The notes beneath the pieces were generated by a model. It made no database searches. It worked only from the letters and a program-made list of their open reading frames with translations, and had not been told where the DNA came from. A stretch of 64,000 nt of DNA from Perkinsela sp. CCAP 1560/9 (taxonomy: Eukaryota; Protista; Euglenozoa: Kinetoplastea): NCBI GenBank assembly GCA_965644495.1, contig CBFFSA010000001.1, positions 372,001-436,000 on the forward strand, read 5' to 3'. The translations under genes were made by a program, and so were the position numbers. Each line of letters begins with the position of its first letter. Positions within the stretch are counted from its first letter, which is position 1. Below are positions 47,061-56,324 of the stretch, one piece after another.

Positions 47061-49327
47061 TTATTCGGTGGAGCGTCGTGGGTTACACCATTTATCGAGC
47101 CGTCCTTGGAATGATTTTCGTGCCTGGACGCTTTTCCCACGCTTAAAGGCATCTTCGATTCTCTTAGCTTCGTCTCTCTCATCGTCATCGCTTGGTGGAA
47201 CAAAGACATATCCTTCTAAACAATTCACATGCGACCACGATGCATCACAAGGGTCGATATACCCCAAGCTTTTGAATTGTTGAACAACGTTCATAGAAGA
47301 GGAAAGGGTCCCTGATTCATCAAGAGAGTCGTTGTCGAGGTTTATAACTTGTTCGTGCGCTCGGGCAACGGCATTATGCATCCATTGTCTTTTTTGGCGG
47401 GCGGTCCGACGGATATGTTGTTCTCTGTGCCAAATGTTTACTTGCTCGCGTTTGTACGAAGAAGCATAAAATACATCAATCCATTGGATCCAGGATGTTG
47501 TTGCAGGGGGTAATATGGCACAATAGCAGTTAGCCACAGTGGCAAACGCATCGAGAACGTCACTTGTTATGTGAGATCGGCAGGAGTCTAGATAAACTAA
47601 AGTGTGGCCTGCGTCATTTATATCCAGTTCACGTTTGAGAAAGGGAATAAAGTCTTGGAGAAAAAAATCTTTGTTCACGACACCTTTCGGAGTAAAAGCT
47701 CGAGCCGTCCTTGCATCAAATATCTCGTGACTAGATCCTTTTCCAGCTCCTTTCCACACGATAAAAGGTTTTAGAAAGAAATGACTCGTTGGACTTCCAT
47801 TTTTGTCCAGTTTCACGCCAGCACCGCAGATAAGCGTTGCGCATCGCTTCATATCATTCGGATTGCAACGCCCTCGTACATCTTCTTCTCCTCGCTGTGC
47901 AATTGTTTTTAAAGATTTCATGGACCCGCGAAATGATATGGGAATTTCATCAAAGTTCAGAACGGAACGAAACTTTTTTGTTTTAAGACAGCGATAGGCA
48001 AACGTATGAAAGGAATGAATTCTTTTCTTTATCTCTTCACTTGATAGCTGAGTTGATCTCTTTACTAATCTTATAGACCATTTGTAAGAGTGGAGGAATC
48101 TCCCTATCCTACGTTCGCTTACTCTTGTAATCCCCCGTGCTTTGTTCCGCTCTGGTGATTTGCGGTTTTCCTTTTTCAGCATGCGAAATGCCTCTTGGCG
48201 CACCATCTCGGTTGTTATCAAAGCATCGTTCTCTCGAGCTCCAAGAATAAAATAATGCAATTGTTGTTTTAACCATTTCAGTTTATGCCCCTTTACATGC
48301 CTTTTACGCTTTTGACTATGCCTAGGAATATTAGAGTATGCCATAACTTGCTTTTTGTTAAAAATGTGGACACGTTTCTTAGGGAATCGCTTGTCGATCC
48401 AAGAGTTTAACTTGCGGAGTGGTCCATAAGCATCTCGATCTTGTTGCGACCAGGAAATCCACTTCTCATATATTACACGCTTTTGTCTAGCCGTCCAAAT
48501 CATCCAAATCCAAATCATTCCGGATTGCTCCGGATGGTCACTGGCAAGCCAGACCCTTCACAGACAGATTTGGAAGTTCCGAGGCCGACGTTCTCTACCA
48601 GTTTCCGCTTGTCCAAGGCGGCACCAACGTGCTGTTGCCAACACGCTGCGTCGACGAATTGTACGTCAACACGGCTTACCCAAGAGTTTTAAGCCGGGTA
48701 AGGGAGCTGGTTCCCTGAGGGGAGGGTCCGGGACGGTCCTCCGAGTACTGGGCCTAGTCGGTTCTCAGCCCAGCCTCTTAGAGTGAGGCCGCCAGGAATA
48801 TTGCGATGAGCGGGTTTGAACTCGCCGTCTGAGCACCATGTGCTTCAAACTTTGAGTTCTTGCCACTCCGCCACCTCATATATTACACGCTTTTGTCTAG
48901 CCGTGGATTCCACTCGACCGCGCACACCCTGGTCTATATGACGCCCCGTATATACTACGGAATGTTGTTTTTTGCGCTCGTTCTTGTCTTTCCCTCCAAC
49001 AGTCAGCTCCGCTCCGTTATCTTCATCATCCGAAGTTGAATTACTCTTAATTTTACTTTCGCTCGCACTTTCAACATTATATCCTATTTCTTCTTCGCTT
49101 GAATTCACACTTTCACATTCGCTTTCACTTTCGCTCTCGCTAGCACTTTCACTTTCTCCATCGCTTCCGCTACCAATTAAGTCCGACGAGTCATCAAGCA
49201 TTTCTACCCCTTCATCATCCTCAAGGGACATAATCTCATCGTTTTCCTGAACGTAGGTTGGGTCACACTCTGCCTGAGCCAATCTATGAAGGGTCAAACT
49301 TTCGGCGAAAAAATCTCCTTCTCCCAT
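47061..49327 (-). pseudogene. DDE_1-type transposase interrupted only by a SINE-A; about 618 aa when reconstructed
   Basis: Motifs LNFDE, YLDSCRSH, IQWID; peptide TARQKRVIYE duplicated on both sides of the SINE. Confidence 0.9.
48495..48877 (-). mobile_element. SINE-A, full length, with a 30-bp TSD
   Basis: CTCATATATTACACGCTTTTGTCTAGCCGT at 48465-48494 and 48875-48904 (CTC overlaps the SINE 5' end); A/B boxes; GATTTG tail. Confidence 0.93.
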
Positions 49328-50203
49328 CGAAAAACACAAACTTAATAATAACTTGACAACTTAATAATAACTTGTCCAGCTTAATAATAACCTGTCTAGC
49401 TTAATAATAACTTGTCTAACTTAATAATAAACCGCAACTTAATAATAAACCGCATCTTAATATTATTCCGTCCCCCGGTTTAGTATTTGTCACCGTAAAA
49501 AGTTTATGTCCTTTCCCCAAAACAGTGGCCCCCGTCGCAGAAAACCCGATACATTTGCTTATGTGAAAAGTAATTTTTTCAACAAGGTACAGACACACCA
49601 ACATCACGTTGGTGCCGCCTTGGAAAAGCGGAAACTGATAGACGATGTCGGCCTCGGAATTTCAAAATCTGTCTGTGAAGGGTCTGGCTTGCCAGTGACC
49701 GTCCGGAGCAATCTGGAATGATTTGGATTTTGGTGGCCAGCCGTCCCCCCCAACACACTTGACCCCCCCCCTCCCCCCCCCCATCAGCACACCTAGGACC
49801 TCTAGAATGTGTTTGTCTAGTCTGTTTGTTCGAGCTTTCCTCGTTTCATGCGACTCGGGTCGCGCTGGGATTCATGAAAACAGCACATTTTGATCGTCCG
49901 GATACGTCCCGCATAATACTTGGACCATGCGGAGTACAAGAAGGTTCCTTCAGCAGCCCGTGATTAGGAAGCAACACTTCTACAGCCCTTGATCGGAAAA
50001 TAAGTACACAATCCTGAGGATGTTGAAGACATGGGTAAAGTGAAGGAGAATTCGCCTTTTCCGAAATATAATTAGATTTTCCGAAACACTGTTTCAAAAA
50101 GATACAAAAAAAGACGTAGTGGAAAGTAGTGTCTTTACCGATTTACAAAGAATGCCAGATATTTCCCAGCCGTTTTGGGTGCTTTACAGTAGGCTTGTGA
50201 CGG

Positions 50204-50806
50204 TTATTTTGAATTTATCTCTCTTAAATCGGTTCGATCTATATAAATTGAACGTTTCAGTTTTTCACAGAGTTTTTTTCGAGCCATATCACCCCAAAGG
50301 CCTGCATTATCCGCTAAATATAGGAAAGATAAGTCTTCTGGGAGGTTAAAAAAATTAACAGAACCGGAGAGCTCATTGTTACCTAACAGAAGCTTTTTCA
50401 TTGTTCTTGGCATAGCTTGAAGATTAATGCTTCCGGTAAAGTTATTGCTGCCTAAGCTGAGATACTCCAGGTGGGGTGGCAGATCTTCTAGCGCGATACT
50501 ACCAGAGAGCTTGTTCGATGACATTCGCAATTTAAGAAGAGTATCCGGTAAGTGTTTCCATTCTAGTGAACCTTCTAATTTGCGCGCTGCCCAATCAATT
50601 CCCATAACTTTGCCTTCTTGATTACAGGTTACTCCATCCCATTCGCAGGCTGGGGTACCGGCCTCCCACGATGCATGATGATTGGATACATTTTCAATGA
50701 ACTTCAACAGTTTATATTCCTGAGGTAATGACGCACGGACTCGCCCTAAACGTGTAGAACTGCATCTTTCGTCCTTTGTGGGAAAGGCAAACAGGGAATA
50801 GAACAT
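50204..50806 (-). CDS. Short leucine-rich repeat protein
   Basis: ACEWDGVTC N-cap; LxxLxLxxNxLSGSI repeats; paralog at 61118. Confidence 0.88.
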   Translation of the reverse strand: MFYSLFAFPTKDERCSSTRLGRVRASLPQEYKLLKFIENVSNHHASWEAGTPACEWDGVTCNQEGKVMGIDWAARKLEGSLEWKHLPDTLLKLRMSSNKLSGSIALEDLPPHLEYLSLGSNNFTGSINLQAMPRTMKKLLLGNNELSGSVNFFNLPEDLSFLYLADNAGLWGDMARKKLCEKLKRSIYIDRTDLREINSK

Positions 50807-50962
50807 TGAATAAAAATAACCAAGAAACTAAGGAGTGCGCATAAGAGAGGATACTTACGTTATGTTATAGGAAATTCTACTCTGATACAAAGCAGTGCGG
50901 GGTTGTAATCAGCTCTCTACTTTGCAGAATTCTAAGTAAACCCCTCTCACAGTTATTATTTA

Positions 50963-52131
50963 CTGTCCCCCCCTATTTAGTGTTGAGTGAAATTCAGAAA
51001 AATTCAACACTAAATAGGGGGGGGTAAGAAATCTCCTCCTCTCAAAAAAAAGCGCGCCGCTTCGCGGCGTATTGTTTTCAAAACCATGAGTATAGTATTT
51101 TTTTCACTCAGTTGGGGATACAACTTTATGAACGCTGTGGGGCATTTGTATAAAAGCCCTGTGGGGGGACATATTTTACAAACTGAACAAAAACCTGCCT
51201 TGATTCTTCTCTTGGATTGCTGCTCCGTACATACCACGCGCTTTGTACTTATCGCGCGCAACGAAGACACTTTTTCATGGTTGCGAATTGTATACATTCC
51301 AGCAAAGTGCACATGAAGACTTCAGCCTTGTGATGTGGGTTTCTTTAACCGTTTGAAACCAAACTATTAGACCACCTAATCATGGCCTTACTGAAATACT
51401 GTCAGAGTCAATACACTGAGGGAAAGCGAATCGGTGACACTCGGTCGATCGGAGCAAAAATAAGCAAAGCGCAGCTTCTTGACAGTATTATCAAAACGTA
51501 CGCCCACCTTAATGATAATCGGCAGAGGTATGCCAATGTTCAAGCGTGGAGTAAGGTCGGAATTTCGCCGGAAAGTCTAAATAAACCAGAAAACATCCTT
51601 GAAGCGATTCGCCGGGCGAGCGAACTGCTTACAGTGGTACCGGTTCTTGATGCAGCAGAAGAAAATGAAGAGGAATTTCCCCTGAAAGTGCTGATCACCT
51701 CTTTGTTTTGTAAAAGCCTTCGTAAATTTATTTACCACCAGTAGTTAATTTTTTTTAGACAAATTTGTTGTTAGGAAGAGCGCTTCTCTCGACGCATTTT
51801 CATTACTTACTCTATGTTTACTTACCGGAACTGAACTAAAACTTCTTAACTGATGTAAAAAGTCGATGTAAAAATCAGTATCCTTGGGAAGCTTTCTCAT
51901 TGATTTTTATAAACATAAATTTAAATTTTCATTTTTGCTATAAATTATAAATTTATTTATAAAAATGAATGAGAGGGAGAGTAAACAATCACAAATAACA
52001 AGCAAAGATAAGAAAAAAAGCGTTATGGAAAAAAAATCAAGCGCCGCTTCGCGGCGCCTATACGCACCGAACCCAAAATTCAACACTAAATAGGGGGGGT
52101 TGAGCACTCAATAGTAAATAGGGGGGGACAG
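50963..52131 (+). mobile_element. Internally deleted pogo-like transposon
   Basis: TIR CTGTCCCCCCCTATTTA..TTGAGTG; residual LLLDCCSVH...IPAKCT*RLQPCD DDE_1 motifs. Confidence 0.8.
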
Positions 52132-52507
52132 CACATGTAAATAATACGAGCATGCAAATAATAACTGTGTTTGTAAATATTACGTGTGTTTTACACTTAT
52201 TATTTACATTTGCGATAAAGGGCACGAAAAAGTGAAAGAAAGCCCGAAACACCGAAAAACATTCAGCGGTTAGTTCCTCTTGCTGCTCCCGTGTTCCACT
52301 TGCTGCTCCCGAAATTGAGCCTTTTCGATGAGATACCCAGCCAACCGATACTGGTAAGGCACTCAAAACGGCTTAAAACACTGGGAAAGCTGGAGAGTTT
52401 GTGAAAAACATTGAGTTTTTGTCTTAGGTCTCGCAAAAATAGTATTAATAGCATTTGCCAAGAGAAGAGTTCATAAAAGTGAACTCGCAGTCCAATATGA
52501 GCGTGGC

Positions 52508-53198
52508 TTATTGCGGTGGTTGCATAACTACCGCTCTACCCTCGATTATTGAAAGAAAAAGTCAACAAAAACAGTGAAAATATAAAGAGAAACGCAGTAA
52601 TACAATAGAAGAAAAAAATATAAAAGGGGCTCCGGTAGTCCAAAACTGAAAAAAAAAATTCAAATAAATTGGTGGTCCACGGGGGTCCAGGGGGATACAT
52701 CGCGATTTTTTTTTCGTTTTTTTTGCTTTTCAAAAAAAGCGGCGATGATTTTCCACCCCCCACCCCCACCTGGGGGTCCCCCCCCTGGTACGCGCAGGAT
52801 GGGTCCGACACGGTCAAAACTTCCGAATTTTTTGGGTGGACCCAAAAAATCTATTTTTGACGCGAAAAAAAGAAAAAATATTATTTTTCCAAAATCGACT
52901 CCTAAAACGCTTTTTAAGAGTTTGGGACCTCAGCTACCATTCAACGACGTTTTTTGACAGATTCGCCTCCGGCCCGTACTGGTAAGGCATCAAAAACGGT
53001 CCAAATTCGGGTTAAAATTTCGCAATGTTCGCCGAAAAATCGAGCTTTTTCACCCAGGAAAATAGATTACTCCTGATCTTTTGGCGATTTTTCTTTCTTA
53101 GGCTCTTCGTTAAACGCGGAGGTAGTTTTCAACGCGAAGCGCGTATCATGAGTGACTTCTATGTTGAAAACAACCACCGCGTTTAACGAAGAGCCTAA
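52508..53198. mobile_element. Element X, most complete copy, with hairpins at both ends
   Basis: Short hairpin at about 52514-52535 and long hairpin 53098-53198; homologs at 6350-7331 and 60060-60583. Confidence 0.6.
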
Positions 53199-53281
53199 AA
53201 ATCCCAATGATTAGTACGAAGGTATTTACACACATGTATTATTATGAATTTATTATATAGATTACTAGTACAGTATAATGT

Positions 53282-53461
53282 ACCTAGGGTAAAGTGGACG
53301 AGGGAGATACCAATAGTGTGTGTGCGGCAGTTTCCACAGGACAAACGGCATCTCTACCTTTTTAGGCGCTTTTCTTCATGCCATAAGGGAGATACCGTTT
53401 TTCCTGTGGAAACTGCCGCACCCACACTATTGGTATCACCCTCGTCCACTTTACCATAGGT
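53282..53461. mobile_element. ~180-bp foldback element (GGGAGATAC family)
   Basis: About 75-bp inverted arms; motifs shared with 8719-9527. Confidence 0.8.
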
Positions 53462-53893
53462 TACATAGTAAAAACATGTTCCCTAGGACTCCTTACAGCT
53501 TCCCGCGCGAGGAAGTCGTCGTCTCTGCGGCCAAAAGGCAGAAGGCTCATTCTTTTTGCCTTGCGCTTCCTCCTTCCTCTATGGTCTTGCGTACCCCTTC
53601 AAGTTGAAAAAAGAATACGTGGGGAATTTGAGTTTGCCAATCGCTTCCGAAGAAGGGGGTCTCGAGTCGTCCAAAAGGTGCGTTTTTCTTTCCTAAAACT
53701 ATCTGTTTATGGTGCTGCCTTTGGTATTTTGCGAAAAAAACCTTTTCCGGGAAAAATTTTTTCGGGCCAAATTTCGGGTCAAATTTTATTAATACTGGGT
53801 AGCCAGATAGTATCTCCCTCAATAGTACATTATTTATAACTGAGGAATGGGAGTAAAACTTGTACAAATCCAAGGCATCTCACAGGCTGTGAG

Positions 53894-54775
53894 TCACAGC
53901 TCGCAGCCAGACAACTCTAAAACGTTCCGTATGTGAAGAAGAAGCTTCGTGCGCACCTCATCCAAGGGATGTACCTCTTTGTAATTTTGAATACTCATAT
54001 CAAACAATTCCAAACTCTCTTCCTGAAAAGCCTGCGCAATTTGAGATAGAATTCGGTGTTCCCATGACTGTTGGGTAAAGAATGAATCAAGACGCTCATA
54101 ATATCGCAAAGTCTCGTAGAAAGATGACACCCCTTCCTCCTTATTTAATGGACGGATGAGCGCCAAATGGCACAAACCCGCCAGCAAAAGTTCCCTTCTC
54201 GCACACCCGCGAAGTACCCTATCATTAGCATACGTCTTTCCCACTTTCTCGTAAATCTCCAGAGCTTGGCGGTATTCCCCGGAGAGCGCGAGGAGTCGTG
54301 AAGCACGAAGAGAGATTTCGTCCGCCGTCCGTGCGCTACCCTCCCGGTGCCATAGTTTCGAACTTCGCTGATACCAATCTACAGCCCCCGTCGTGTCGCT
54401 TTGGAGCTCGCACGTCTCCCCGGCGGTGGTGCACAGCTTAGCGGCAGGCCCATTCCGCCCACGCGCCAAAAGTAGCTCCGAGGCCTTTTCCAGATAGCGC
54501 AGGGCCCGCGGGTCGCTACTTAAGTGATACATGCGAGCCGCGTTTCGAAGATCTTCTACAATGGAGTGCTCCTCATTGAGCTTGGCAGCCATGTCGTAGG
54601 CACGCGTGTACGACTCAGCCGCATCGGACCAATTTCCCGCAGCCTTATAGAGATTCGCGGCGGTGTTGAACAACGTTCTGGCCTTTTCGTACTTGGAAGT
54701 GCCACCAAAAAGAGAAAACGTTTTTACGGTTTTTTCTGCTTTTTGCGTGATCGCATGAGCTTCATCAACGGACAT
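53894..54775 (-). CDS. Alpha-soluble NSF attachment protein (alpha-SNAP / Sec17 family)
   Basis: KAEK..K.FSLFGG.SKYEKA..LF..AANLYK N-terminus; 293 aa; TPR-like helices. Confidence 0.9.
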   Translation of the reverse strand: MSVDEAHAITQKAEKTVKTFSLFGGTSKYEKARTLFNTAANLYKAAGNWSDAAESYTRAYDMAAKLNEEHSIVEDLRNAARMYHLSSDPRALRYLEKASELLLARGRNGPAAKLCTTAGETCELQSDTTGAVDWYQRSSKLWHREGSARTADEISLRASRLLALSGEYRQALEIYEKVGKTYANDRVLRGCARRELLLAGLCHLALIRPLNKEEGVSSFYETLRYYERLDSFFTQQSWEHRILSQIAQAFQEESLELFDMSIQNYKEVHPLDEVRTKLLLHIRNVLELSGCEL

Positions 54776-55174
54776 GGTAAAAAGTATTTAGGGTAGATTC
54801 CAAAGTGTACTTTCAAACCGAAAATTGTGAGATCAGTGGGGTTAAAATGTTGGCACACATAACGGCGTACAGTACTACTTATCTGACCCCACTTTTGGTT
54901 ACCTAAAAATAGACAGAAGACAACGCATACGATGGAGTACTTGGCCTACTAAATAAAAGAGAAAATTGTCGGCCAACGCACATGTATAATCTTTGCAAAA
55001 AAATCGGCTCCAAGTCGAGAAATACCGAGTCTACAAAAGGGCAACCGAATGAATTAAAGAATGCGTTGTATGTTACTAAAAAAATGCAGCAACAACAAAC
55101 ACGACTAGCGAACTTACCATAAATATGTTGAATACAATCAAAAATAAACTGAATGACTTTTTTGCTGCATGCCA

Positions 55175-55954
55175 TTATCTGGTATTTCCGATTTCTTCTG
55201 TTCCGTGTAGTTTCCCTGCTGCAGCAATGTACTCGTCCAATGCCCCTCCTTGAATCATTCGGAACCTCAGTTCAGGAGCCCCACTCGTATTTTCAAAGGA
55301 AAGCGTACTGACCTCGACCTTATCCTCCGACAGAGCCGCCACATCCAACACTCGAGAAACCGCCTTCAACGCGATCTGCACACCCTCCTGCAAACTCATC
55401 TCCTCCCTCCACTCCCCTTTCAGCACACTCTGCGCCGTGGTGCTGCCATTCCCAATCGCATGGGCTCTCCACGCGGAGTAGTTCCCACTGGGCTCCGTAC
55501 AGAACAACTGAAACCCCCCCACCTCATCATACCCAGCCAACAGAAACGACACCCCAAACGGCCGCAGCCCACCGTACTGCGTGTAGCTCTGTTTTAAATC
55601 CGCCACACGCTGGGCCATAGCATCCACTGTGATCCCCTCATGGTAGGTAGCGCGGTGGGACTGCGCCACCCGGCGGGCGTACTCCACGAGTAGGTAGCTA
55701 TCACTCGTCATCCCGGCCACCACCAGCGCAAGGTGGTCATCCAACATAAACATCTTATCCCCGGAGAGGGCACTGCGGTCGCGGTCCAGCAACGGGGACG
55801 GGAGGCGCTTCTCCGCGACGAAGGCTACCCCGTGGTGGGGGGAGACGACCGCGATCGCACAGCCTGCGTGCTCGATGGATTGTAGCGCGTACTCCACTTG
55901 GTAGACCCGCCCCTCGGGGGAGAACATGGTGGTGCGCGAGTCGTACCGGGACAT
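55175..55954 (-). CDS. PSMA4: 20S proteasome subunit alpha-3 (PSMA4/PRE9 type)
   Basis: MSRYDSRTTMFSPEGRVYQVEYA; KQSYTQYGGLRPFGVS; PSGNY. Confidence 0.93.
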   Translation of the reverse strand: MSRYDSRTTMFSPEGRVYQVEYALQSIEHAGCAIAVVSPHHGVAFVAEKRLPSPLLDRDRSALSGDKMFMLDDHLALVVAGMTSDSYLLVEYARRVAQSHRATYHEGITVDAMAQRVADLKQSYTQYGGLRPFGVSFLLAGYDEVGGFQLFCTEPSGNYSAWRAHAIGNGSTTAQSVLKGEWREEMSLQEGVQIALKAVSRVLDVAALSEDKVEVSTLSFENTSGAPELRFRMIQGGALDEYIAAAGKLHGTEEIGNTR

Positions 55955-56324
55955 GGGAAGGGGGGAGAGAGATTAAGAAAAGATTTCTTTCGTTTGCTAA
56001 AATCGTTTAATAAAAATATTTTTTTGAAGAGAATATGATATTTTTCAGAAAAGGAAAGCGGGTTGTGGAGGAAAAAAGGGGAGAAAGTGACAAGTAGTGG
56101 GAGCAGGTTGTAAGTGTGGGTGGCTGCTATATCACTGGCGTGCGAGGTTAATTCTCAGAGAATACTAAAGCAAATATTAGAACCCAATGTTGTTGTGGAA
56201 GTTAACAAACGAAGGATTGTAACGCATTCGGAGATGGGAGAAAAATGCAAAATTAAACTCTTGTGCTATAATTTCGTTTTCAGTCCATTGCAATCTAGTT
56301 ATCTGTAGATTAGAAGACGTACAC

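Larger units (their letters stand above)
46816..49480 (-). mobile_element. Complete pogo/Tc1-superfamily DNA transposon
   Basis: Perfect 25-bp TIR AACCGGGGGACGGAATAATATTAAG, TA on both sides, subterminal CTTAATAATAAC repeats. Confidence 0.92.
45823..49599 (-). mobile_element. SL-headed non-coding retroposon (~1.1 kb without the nested transposon)
   Basis: 13-bp TSD at 45810-45822 and 49600-49612; SL relics at 49580-49593 and 46682-46691; C-rich body; TTCG hairpin and (TAC)n tail. Confidence 0.82.
45765..49731 (+). mobile_element. Old 5'-truncated SINE-A split into 45765-45822 and 49600-49731
   Basis: The two halves join into contiguous SINE-A sequence across the duplicated AACATCACGTTGG. 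Confidence 0.8.

Noticed and set aside
6048-53823. One giant element (Polinton or endogenous virus) bounded by inverted repeats
   Set aside because: No polymerase, integrase, capsid or ATPase ORFs; the flanking repeats are diverged and occur elsewhere
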